Shown: positions 33,706 to 41,400 of the stretch, in pieces
Layout of the letters: each line of letters starts with the position of its first letter
How positions within the stretch are numbered: position 1 is the stretch's first letter
Origin: Gemmatimonadales bacterium
GTDB taxonomy: Bacteria; Gemmatimonadota; Gemmatimonadetes; Gemmatimonadales; JACORV01
DNA: 51,316 nucleotides
Assembly (NCBI GenBank): GCA_035541085.1
Contig: DATKNX010000191.1
Span: forward strand, 1-51,316
Reading direction: 5' to 3'
Program-made: the position numbers and the translations under genes
The notes under the pieces: model-generated
Told to the model about the DNA's origin: nothing
The model's database searches: none
Seen by the model: only the letters and a program-made list of their open reading frames with translations

Positions 33706-34244
33706 GCCTCAAGCAGCTGCACCTCCTCGGCTCGCCCGTGCTGCGGCAGCGCGCCCACGAGGTGGCCGGCGTGGACGAGGGGGTCCGCGCGCTGGTGGCC
33801 GACCTGTTCGACACCATGCGGGCGGCGAACGGCGTCGGCCTCGCGTCGAACCAGATCGGCGTGGCCCGCCGCGTGGCCGTCGTGTCGGTCGAGGGCGAGG
33901 GGGAGCACGCGCTCGTCAATCCCGTCATCGTCGAGAGCGACGGCAAGCAGGTGGGCGAGGAAGGCTGCCTCTCGATCCCCGACGTCTTCGCCGACGTCGA
34001 GCGCGCCGAGCACGTCACGGTCGAGGCGCTCGACCAGAACGGCGTCCGGCGGCGCATCGAGGCCACGGGCATGCTGGCGCGGGCCATCCAGCACGAGATC
34101 GACCATCTCGACGGCATCCTGTTTCTCGACCGTGTCGGACCGTTGAAGCGGCGCCGCCTGCTCGCCGACTGGAAGAAGTCGCGCAAGGGCGAGACCGGCT
34201 ACGTCAAGGACGTGGCGCCGGAGGGTTCGGCCAGGCTGGGCTAG
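33702..34244 (+). CDS. def: Peptide deformylase
   Basis: GVGLASNQIG, EGCLSIP and HEIDHLDG motifs. Confidence 0.95.
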
Positions 34245-34251
34245 GTAACCC

Positions 34252-35175
34252 GTGCGGGTCCTTTACTTCGGAACACCCGATTTCGCGGTCCCGTCGCTCC
34301 GCGCCCTCGTGGGCGAGGGGTTCGACATCGCGGCCGTGGTGACCCGCCCCGACCGCCCGACGGGCCGCCACCGGTCCAGCGTCTCGGCGTCGGCGGTCAA
34401 GACCGCGGCGCTCGCCGAGAGCCTCGCCGTCCTGCAGCCCGAGCGGCCGTCGGCGCCCGACTTCATCGCCGCGGCGCGCACGCTGGAGCCGGAGATCGCG
34501 ATCGTCGCCGCCTACGGCCACATCCTGCCGACCGCGCTGCTCGAGGTTCCCCGGCTGGGCTCCGTGAACGTGCACGCGTCGCTGCTGCCCGCGCTGCGCG
34601 GTGCGGCGCCGATCCAACGCGCCATTCTCGAGGGCTACCCGGAGACCGGCATCACGATCATGCAGATGGACGCCGGCATGGACACCGGCCCCATCCTCCA
34701 CCAGGTGGCGACGCCCATCGCGGCCGACGAGACGGGCGGCGAGCTGACGGTACGCCTCGCCGAGCTGGGCGCCGAGGCGCTCGTCGAGGCGCTGACGCTG
34801 ATGGAAGAGACCGGGCTCGCGCCGCGGGCGCAGGACCACGCCAGGGCCACGCTGGCGCCGAAGATCAAGCGCGAGGAGGAGCGGCTCGACTGGAGCTGCC
34901 CGGCCGAGTCGGTGGCCCGGAAGATCCGCGCCTTCGACCCCAAGCCGGGCGCCTGGACGACGTGCCGCGCGCGCGAGGTGAAGCTCTTCGGGGCGCGGGC
35001 CGAGGGGCCGGCCGGCGAGCCCGGCCGCGTGCTGGAGGCGGGCGACACCCTCACCATCGCGTGCCGCGACGGCGCGGTCACCGTGACGGAGGTCCAGCCC
35101 GCGGGCCGCGCGCGCATGGCGGCCCGGGCGTTCGTGAACGGGCGGGGCGTCGCCGCCGGGGACGTGCTGGCGTGA
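34252..35175 (+). CDS. fmt: Methionyl-tRNA formyltransferase
   Basis: MRVLYFGTPDFAVPSL, NVHASLLPALRGAAPIQRAI, and a C-terminal Fmt domain. Confidence 0.95.
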   Translation: MRVLYFGTPDFAVPSLRALVGEGFDIAAVVTRPDRPTGRHRSSVSASAVKTAALAESLAVLQPERPSAPDFIAAARTLEPEIAIVAAYGHILPTALLEVPRLGSVNVHASLLPALRGAAPIQRAILEGYPETGITIMQMDAGMDTGPILHQVATPIAADETGGELTVRLAELGAEALVEALTLMEETGLAPRAQDHARATLAPKIKREEERLDWSCPAESVARKIRAFDPKPGAWTTCRAREVKLFGARAEGPAGEPGRVLEAGDTLTIACRDGAVTVTEVQPAGRARMAARAFVNGRGVAAGDVLA

Positions 35176-36002
35176 TCGCGCGCCTGCCCCGCCTGCACGC
35201 CGTCACCGACGACCGCGTCGCCGCCGGCCCCGGCGTGGTGGAGCGCGCGGCCGCGATGGCCGCGGCGGGCGGCCCCGGCCTGGCGGTGCACCTGCGCACC
35301 CGCGCGCTCGGGGGCGCCGCGCAGCTCGCGCTGGCCCGGCGGCTCCGCGCGGCGCTGGAGCCGCACGGCAGCTGGCTCGTGGTCAACGACCGGGCGGACG
35401 TGGCGCGCGCCGCGGGAGCGAGCGCCCTCGCGCTCGGCCGGACGGGCCTGGCGGTGCGCGATGCGCGGCGCGTGGCGCCGGACCTTCCCGTCGCGCGCTC
35501 GGTGCACGGCGCCGCGGAGGCCCGGGCCGCGGAGGCGGACGGCGCCGACTTCCTCGTCGCGGGCTCCGTGTTCGCCACGGCGAGCCACCCCGGCGCCGCG
35601 GCCGAGGGGCCGCGGGTCGTGGAAGAGGCGGTCTCCGGCGGCCTCCAGGTGGTGGCGATCGGCGGCCTGACGCCGGGCAACGCCGACGGCGCGCTCCGGG
35701 CCGGGGCCTGGGGCGTCGCGGCGATCCGCGCCCTGTGGGACGCGGCCGACCCGGCCGGTGCCGTGCGCGCGTTTCTTGCGGTCCTGCCGGCCGTGGCGCC
35801 GCTCGTGGTGACGGTGAACGGCGAATCGCGCGCCGTGCCCGAGGGTACAACGCTGCGCGGACTGTTGGCGCAGCTGGATCTCGACCCGCGCGCGGTGGTG
35901 GTGGAGCACAACCGTCGCATCGTGCGGCGGGACGGCCTCGCCGGCGCGGCGCTCGCCGCGGGCGACGTCGTCGAGCTGGTGCATTTCGTAGGCGGGGGCT
36001 GA
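35172..36002 (+). CDS. thiE: Thiamine-phosphate synthase fused to sulfur-carrier protein ThiS
   Basis: GTG 35172 overlaps the fmt stop. The ThiE-like TIM barrel (LHAVTDD..., VVNDRADVA, VVAIGGL) continues without a stop into a 66-aa ThiS module (VVTVNGESRAV...GDVVELVHFVGGG) ending in the obligatory Gly-Gly. Confidence 0.85.
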   Translation: MIARLPRLHAVTDDRVAAGPGVVERAAAMAAAGGPGLAVHLRTRALGGAAQLALARRLRAALEPHGSWLVVNDRADVARAAGASALALGRTGLAVRDARRVAPDLPVARSVHGAAEARAAEADGADFLVAGSVFATASHPGAAAEGPRVVEEAVSGGLQVVAIGGLTPGNADGALRAGAWGVAAIRALWDAADPAGAVRAFLAVLPAVAPLVVTVNGESRAVPEGTTLRGLLAQLDLDPRAVVVEHNRRIVRRDGLAGAALAAGDVVELVHFVGGG

Positions 36003-36039
36003 CAAGCAGGCGCACAGACGCACAGAGAAGGAAAGGGCC

Positions 36040-36843
36040 ATGGCAACCGCAGTCACCGCATCGGTCGTGCAGGACACGCCGCTGGTCGTGGGCGGCAGGA
36101 CGTTCCGCTCCCGCCTGCTGGTGGGCACGGGCAAGTACAAGGACAACGCCACCATGGTGCGCGCGCTCGAGGCGTCGGGCGCCGAGGTCGTCACCGTCGC
36201 GGTGCGCCGCATCAGCCTCGACCGCACCAAGGAGGAGGGGATCCTCTATCACCTGGATCCCGCGCACTTCTTCCTGCTGGCGAACACGGCCGGCTGCTAC
36301 ACGGCCGAGGACGCGATGCGCTACGCCCGGCTGGCCCGCGAGGCCGGCTTCAACGAGTTCATCAAGCTCGAGGTGATCGGCGACCAGAAGACGCTCCTGC
36401 CCGACGTGGCGGGCCTGCTGGAGGCCGCGCGCACGCTGGCGAAGGAAGGCTTCAAGGTGATGGCGTACACCAACGACGACCTGGTGACCGCGCTGCGGCT
36501 CGAGGACGCGGGGTGCGCCGCGGTGATGCCGCTCGCCTCGCCGATCGGGTCGGGGCTCGGCCTGCTGAACCCGTACAACATCCGCACCATCAAGTCGCGG
36601 CTCGGCGTGCCCGTGGTCGTGGACGCGGGCGTGGGCACCGCGTCGGACGCGTGCGCCACCATGGAGCAGGGCGTGGACGGCCTGCTGATGAACACGGCGC
36701 TCGCCGAGGCGCGCGATCCCGTGACGATGGCCCACGCGATGCGCCTCGCGACCGAGGCCGGCCGCGCGGCCTACCTGGCGGGCCGGATGGCCCGCCGCGA
36801 AGTGGCGGTTCCGTCGAGTCCGACGGCGGGGATGCTCTCGTAA
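36040..36843 (+). CDS. thiG: Thiazole synthase
   Basis: LLVGTGKY, IKLEVIGD, MPLASPIGSGLG, VVVDAGVGTASDA. Confidence 0.95.
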   Translation: MATAVTASVVQDTPLVVGGRTFRSRLLVGTGKYKDNATMVRALEASGAEVVTVAVRRISLDRTKEEGILYHLDPAHFFLLANTAGCYTAEDAMRYARLAREAGFNEFIKLEVIGDQKTLLPDVAGLLEAARTLAKEGFKVMAYTNDDLVTALRLEDAGCAAVMPLASPIGSGLGLLNPYNIRTIKSRLGVPVVVDAGVGTASDACATMEQGVDGLLMNTALAEARDPVTMAHAMRLATEAGRAAYLAGRMARREVAVPSSPTAGMLS

Positions 36844-36887
36844 GGCGGCTGTTCGGAGGTTCGCGCCACTCGGCCGCCAGTGAGGCC

Positions 36888-37433
36888 GTGCCCGAGCCGC
36901 CGGCCGACCGGCGGCCGGGGCCGCTCCGGCGCGTGTCCGTGCTCGTCGGCGGTGTCGCCCTCACCGCGCTCGCGGGCTATCTTGTGGCGGCGCTGCTGAT
37001 CTTCCCGGCGCCGCTGCTGCCGAACGAGCGGCAGGTGCCGCGGGTGCTGGGCACCACGGTCGAGGACGCGCAGCGGACGTTGACCAAGGCGGGCTTCCGG
37101 CCGGAGATCGCCGACTCGGCGCCGCATCCCGTGTACGCGGCCGGCATGGTGACGTGGCAGGATCCCTCGGCGGGCGCGGCCGCGCCGCGCGGCTCCGCCG
37201 TCGCGCTCACGGTGAGCGAGGGCACGCCGCGCCGCCTCGTGCCCGACGTGTCGGGGCTCGACCTCGAGCTCGCGCAGCGGCTGCTCACGGCCGTCGGGCT
37301 CACGCTCGGCACGGTGGACACGGTGCCCGGCACGCTGCCCGCCGGCGTCGCCGCCAGGACGGACCCGGCCGCCGGAGACAGCATCACCGCGGGCAGCAGC
37401 GTGCGCATCCACGTCTCGCGAGGCGTCAAGTGA
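36888..37433 (+). CDS. Membrane-anchored protein with two PASTA domains and no catalytic domain
   Basis: Basic N-terminus, one TM helix (VLVGGVALTALAGYLVAALLIF), then two PASTA-like repeats (VPRVLGTTVEDAQRTL... and VPDVSGLDLELAQRLL...). Start is GTG 36888, or CTG 36849. Confidence 0.7.
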   Translation: MPEPPADRRPGPLRRVSVLVGGVALTALAGYLVAALLIFPAPLLPNERQVPRVLGTTVEDAQRTLTKAGFRPEIADSAPHPVYAAGMVTWQDPSAGAAAPRGSAVALTVSEGTPRRLVPDVSGLDLELAQRLLTAVGLTLGTVDTVPGTLPAGVAARTDPAAGDSITAGSSVRIHVSRGVK

Positions 37434-38116
37434 GCGTCCGCATCGCTCCGAGCATCCTCAGCGCCGATCTCGCCCACCTGATGGACGAGGTCGAGCGCGT
37501 GCTCGCGGGCGGCGCCGACCAGATCCACGTGGACGTGATGGACGGGCACTTCGTGCCCAACCTCACCTGGGGCGCGCCGGTCGTGGCCGCGCTGCGGCGC
37601 TTCACCGAGGCCCCGCTCGACTGCCACCTGATGGTCGAGCACCCGGAGGCCTACATCGCGCCGTTCGCCGACGCCGGCGCCACGATCCTCACGATCCACG
37701 CCGAGGCCACGCCCCATCTCGAGCGCCACGTGGCCGAGATCCGCAGGCACGGGATGCATCCGGGCGTGGCGCTGAACCCGGCTACGCCGCTGGGGGCCGT
37801 CGAGGAGGTCGTGGACGAGATCGACCTCCTGCTCGTGATGACCGTCAACCCGGGGTTCGGCGGGCAGGCGTTCTGGGAGCCGGGGCTCGACAAGGTGCAC
37901 CGCGCGCGCGCGCTGCTGGCCGAGCGCGAGAGCCGGGCCTGGCTCGAGGTGGACGGCGGCGTCGCGCGCGAGACGATCGGCCGCCTCTCCGCGGCGGGTG
38001 CCGACACCTTCGTCGCCGGCAACGCCATTTTCACGGTGTCGGACGCCGCCGCCGAGGTGCGGGAGCTGCGGCGCCTGGCCGAAGCCGGTGTCGGCGGGAG
38101 GACCGTCAAGTCATGA
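37430..38116 (+). CDS. rpe: Ribulose-phosphate 3-epimerase
   Basis: IAPSILSADL, HVDVMDGHFVPN, MTVNPGFGGQ, VDGG. GTGA overlap with the previous gene. Confidence 0.95.
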   Translation: MSVRIAPSILSADLAHLMDEVERVLAGGADQIHVDVMDGHFVPNLTWGAPVVAALRRFTEAPLDCHLMVEHPEAYIAPFADAGATILTIHAEATPHLERHVAEIRRHGMHPGVALNPATPLGAVEEVVDEIDLLLVMTVNPGFGGQAFWEPGLDKVHRARALLAERESRAWLEVDGGVARETIGRLSAAGADTFVAGNAIFTVSDAAAEVRELRRLAEAGVGGRTVKS

Positions 38117-38646
38117 AGACGCAGTGGATCGCCGTGGCGGTCGTCGTGGTCATCCTGGGCGCGGGCGTGGTGCTCGGCCTCAAGCTCAAGCCGGAGATCT
38201 TCCCCGTGGCCGTCGGCTCCACGGCACCCTCGTTCGTCGCGACCGATCTCGCGACCGGGCGGCGCGTGACGCTCGCCGACTTCAAGGGGCAGGTGGTCCT
38301 GCTCAACATCTGGGCCACCTGGTGCGAGCCGTGCAAGGTCGAGATGCCCTCGCTCGAGCAGCTGCAGAAGGACATGGGGCCGGCGGGCCTGAAGATCGTC
38401 GCGGTCAGCATCGACGAGGGAGGCCCCGACGCCGTGCGGCAGTACGCGCGCGACCTCGGCTTGACGTTCGACATTCTCCACGACCAGTCGGGCCACATCC
38501 AGCAGATCTACCAGACCACGGGCGTGCCCGAGAGCTTCATCATCAACCGCGCCGGGACCATCGAGAAGAAGGTCATCGGGGCGACCGACTGGGACGCCAC
38601 CGTGAACAAGGACCTCGTCCGCCGCCTGCTGGCGCAGGCCGGCTGA
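38113..38646 (+). CDS. TlpA/ResA-family membrane-anchored thiol:disulfide oxidoreductase
   Basis: N-terminal TM anchor and a thioredoxin fold with WATWCEPC (CxxC). Confidence 0.85.
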   Translation: MKTQWIAVAVVVVILGAGVVLGLKLKPEIFPVAVGSTAPSFVATDLATGRRVTLADFKGQVVLLNIWATWCEPCKVEMPSLEQLQKDMGPAGLKIVAVSIDEGGPDAVRQYARDLGLTFDILHDQSGHIQQIYQTTGVPESFIINRAGTIEKKVIGATDWDATVNKDLVRRLLAQAG

Positions 38647-38647
38647 G

Positions 38648-39304
38648 GTGTCCATCCGGGAGGCGCTCGTCCGCCACTGGCCGCTCAAGCTGGCGGCGCT
38701 CGCCCTCTCGCTCATCCTGTGGGTGCTGATCGCCCTCGAGGAGCCCGCCACCCACCTCGAGGACATCCGGCTCGACCTCACGCTCGCGCCGACGGCCGCG
38801 CTCGCGCAGCCGCTGCCGCCGGTCCAGGCCCTCATCGCGGGTCCGCGCGGCGAGTTCCTCAAGCTGGCGTCCGCGCCGCTCGTGATCCACGCCGCCATCC
38901 CCGAATCCGCCGAGGGCATGCACCACCACCTCGTGATCTCGCCGAGCGACGTGGAGCTGCCGCGCAACGTGAAGGTCACCGTGCAGGAGGTCCTGCCTCG
39001 CGAGATCGACGTCGTGCTCGACCGGCGCGCGGAGCGCACGGTGCCCGTGGCCGTGCGGGCCATCGTGCAGCCCGAGGCGGGCTACGCGCTCGACGGCCCC
39101 CTGACGGTCGCACCCGCCGTGGTGCAGGTGGCGGGCGCGCGCTCGCTGCTCGGGGGCATCGACTCGATCGCCACCCAGTCCCTGCAGCTCCGGAACGTGG
39201 CCGGCACGTTCGAGCGGACCGTGCCGCTCGACACGACCGGCCACGCGGTGCTGCGCATCTCCCCCGCGTCCGTCACGCTGTCCGGCAGGACCCGGAAGAC
39301 GTGA
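38648..39304 (+). CDS. YbbR-like domain protein
   Basis: N-terminal TM (WPLKLAALALSLILWVLIAL) followed by repeats resembling YbbR domains. Call is by eye. Confidence 0.55.
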   Translation: MSIREALVRHWPLKLAALALSLILWVLIALEEPATHLEDIRLDLTLAPTAALAQPLPPVQALIAGPRGEFLKLASAPLVIHAAIPESAEGMHHHLVISPSDVELPRNVKVTVQEVLPREIDVVLDRRAERTVPVAVRAIVQPEAGYALDGPLTVAPAVVQVAGARSLLGGIDSIATQSLQLRNVAGTFERTVPLDTTGHAVLRISPASVTLSGRTRKT

Positions 39305-40332
39305 GAGTCCTCGGCATCGAGACGTCGTGCGACGAGACCTCGGCGGCCGTCGTCGCCGGCGATGGGGATGGTGCGCGCGTCGCCTCGTGCGTCATCCTCT
39401 CGCAGGACGTGCACGCCGTATACCGCGGCGTGGTGCCCGAGCTCGCCTCTCGCGCCCACCTCGTCGCCATCGGTCCGGTCGTCACGCACGCGCTCGTGGG
39501 CGCGGGCATCGGACTCGGCGACGTGGACCTCATCGCCGTCACCGAGGGCCCGGGCCTGATCGGCGCCCTGCTGGTCGGCGTCAGCTACGCGAAGGGCCTC
39601 GGCCTCGCGGCCGGACGGCCCCTGGTGGGCGTACACCACCTGGAGGCGCACCTCTTCGGCACCGCGCTCGACGATCCGGCCGCGCTGCCGCCCTTCGTCG
39701 GCCTCATCGTCTCGGGCGGGCACTCGCTGCTGCTCGACGTGCCGGCGTGGGGCGACTACCGCCTGCTCGGCGAGACGCGCGACGACGCCGTGGGCGAGGC
39801 CTTCGACAAGGTGGCGGCGCTGCTCGAGTTGGGTTACCCGGGCGGTCCCGCCGTCGAGAAGGCCGCGCGCGAGGGCGATCCCGCCCGCCACCGGTTCCCG
39901 CGGCCGATGCTCAACGCGCGGCAGCGCCCGGGCGACGGCGACTACTACGATCTGTCGATGAGCGGCCTCAAGACGGCGATGATCCACGCCGTGAAGGCCT
40001 CGACGGACCTCGCGGCCGACCGCCCGCACCTCGCGCGCGGATTCCAGGACGCGGTCATCGAGGTGCTCGTGACCAAGACGCTCCGCGCGGTGGAGCAGTG
40101 CGGCCGGCGGCGCGTGGTCCTCGGCGGCGGCGTGGCCTGCAATCGGGCGCTGCGCGAGGCGATGGCCGCCGCGCTGCTCGCGCGGGGCGCGACACTCCAC
40201 GCCCCGTCGCCCCGCCTCTCGACCGACAACGCCGCCATGATCGCCCGTGCCGGGCTGTTCCGCGCCGCCGAGGCCGGCCGCCCGGTGGACGCCGCGGCAC
40301 GACTCCCATTCCCCGGCCTGGTGCGCGCATGA
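39301..40332 (+). CDS. tsaD: tRNA N6-adenosine threonylcarbamoyltransferase
   Basis: VLGIETSCDETS, GPGLIGALLVG, HHLEAH. GTGA overlap with the previous gene. Confidence 0.95.
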   Translation: MRVLGIETSCDETSAAVVAGDGDGARVASCVILSQDVHAVYRGVVPELASRAHLVAIGPVVTHALVGAGIGLGDVDLIAVTEGPGLIGALLVGVSYAKGLGLAAGRPLVGVHHLEAHLFGTALDDPAALPPFVGLIVSGGHSLLLDVPAWGDYRLLGETRDDAVGEAFDKVAALLELGYPGGPAVEKAAREGDPARHRFPRPMLNARQRPGDGDYYDLSMSGLKTAMIHAVKASTDLAADRPHLARGFQDAVIEVLVTKTLRAVEQCGRRRVVLGGGVACNRALREAMAAALLARGATLHAPSPRLSTDNAAMIARAGLFRAAEAGRPVDAAARLPFPGLVRA

Positions 40333-41156
40333 GCGTCTACCCGCTGCTCTTCCACTTCGGTGGCTTCACCCTCACCGGCTACGGCATCATGATGATGCTC
40401 GGATTCCTCGTGGCCGGCTGGATCTACGCGCGCGAGCTCAAGCGCCGCTCTCTCGAGCCGGCCGTGGCCTGGGACACCGTCGTCATCGCCGTCGTGGGCG
40501 GGCTCGCCGGCTCCAAGCTGTACTTCGCCATCTCGGTCGGCCGCATCGCCGCCGCCTTCTCCCGCGGCGGCCTCGTCTGGTACGGCGGCCTCGCCGGCGG
40601 CACGGCCGCGGTCCTGGCGTACATGTGGCTCAAGCGGCTGCCGATCCGCGCGTGCCTCGACGCCGTGGCCCCCGCGATGGTCGTGGGCTACTTCCTCGGC
40701 CGGGTCGGCTGCTTCATGGTCAACGACGACTACGGGCTGCCCTCGCGGCTGCCCTGGGCCGTGGCCTTTCCCCAGGGCTCGCCGCCCTCGACCGCGCGCA
40801 TCCTGAGCGAGCAGTTCCACGCGACGATCCCCGCGGGCATCGCGCCCGACCAGGTGCTCACCGTCCACCCCACGCAGCTCTACGAGATCGCGCTCAGCTT
40901 CGTCGTGTTCTGGCTGCTGTGGCGGCTGCGCGAGCACCGGCACGCCGCCGGCTGGCTGTTCGCGCTCTACCTCGTGCTCTCCAGCCTCGAGCGCATCATC
41001 GTCGAGATCTTCCGCGCCAAGGACGACCGGATCTTCGGCGCCATCACCGTCGCACAGGTCTGGAGCGCCGGTCTCGTCGCGGTGGGGCTGCTGTTGATGT
41101 GGCGGCTCGCGCGCGCGAAGGAACAAGCGCCTCCGGCGCCCACAGCGGCCGCATGA
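40329..41156 (+). CDS. lgt: Phosphatidylglycerol:prolipoprotein diacylglyceryl transferase
   Basis: Polytopic membrane protein with YGIMMMLGF, GRVGCFMVND(D)YG, HPTQLYE. ATGA overlap with tsaD. Confidence 0.93.
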   Translation: MSVYPLLFHFGGFTLTGYGIMMMLGFLVAGWIYARELKRRSLEPAVAWDTVVIAVVGGLAGSKLYFAISVGRIAAAFSRGGLVWYGGLAGGTAAVLAYMWLKRLPIRACLDAVAPAMVVGYFLGRVGCFMVNDDYGLPSRLPWAVAFPQGSPPSTARILSEQFHATIPAGIAPDQVLTVHPTQLYEIALSFVVFWLLWRLREHRHAAGWLFALYLVLSSLERIIVEIFRAKDDRIFGAITVAQVWSAGLVAVGLLLMWRLARAKEQAPPAPTAAA

Positions 41157-41209
41157 GCCGTCGAATTTCTATACACTTGTTTAGATGTTTGACAGTGATT
41201 TCCTAGACA

Positions 41210-41400
41210 GTTGGCTTGCCGCCAACGGGGTAATGGCAGGCTAACGTGTTCAGCTACAACGTCTTGAGTTGAAAGTAGCTCTTGGGCACGGCCATTGCCA
41301 AGGATAGGGTCGAAGCTGCAGCCGGTGGCGATGGAGTTCCTGAGGGGGGCGTCGCCTCGGTGTCCATGATAGCCTGCCAATTGGCAGGCTATCGTGTTTT
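41210..41400 (+). ncRNA. Candidate structured RNA or attenuator-like element (unclassified)
   Basis: Lower-GC, non-coding stretch between convergent genes. Hairpin 1 (41210-20 with 41235-45) is 11 bp including two G-U pairs that exist only on the plus strand. Inner hairpins are AGCTAC/GTAGCT (41252-80) and CTTGG/CCAAG (41281-302). It ends in the terminator at 41368-41400. TTGACA lies at 41189-94. Not matched to any RNA family I know. Confidence 0.3.
41368..41400 (+). terminator. Rho-independent terminator
   Basis: GATAGCCTGCC-aatt-GGCAGGCTATC (perfect 11 bp) followed by GTGTTTT. The T-run is on the plus strand only and abuts the stop codon of the convergent gene. Confidence 0.7.

Noticed and set aside
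35100-36040. TPP riboswitch upstream of thiE-thiS or thiG, and preQ1 riboswitch upstream of queA.
   Set aside because: - thiE starts inside the fmt stop, and thiG has only a 37-nt spacer.
- queA overlaps the preceding gene.
- No CUGAGA/ACCUGA-type TPP core was seen.
41327-41339. GGCGATGGAGTTC inside the structured spacer matches, as far as I remember them, the 5' end of fluoride (crcB-motif) riboswitches (GGCGAUGGnGUUCGCC...).
   Set aside because: - The P1-closing CGCC does not follow.
- The AAAC linker and the 3' complement needed for the pseudoknot (..ACUCC..) are absent.
- No crcB-type gene lies downstream. A covariance-model scan would settle it.
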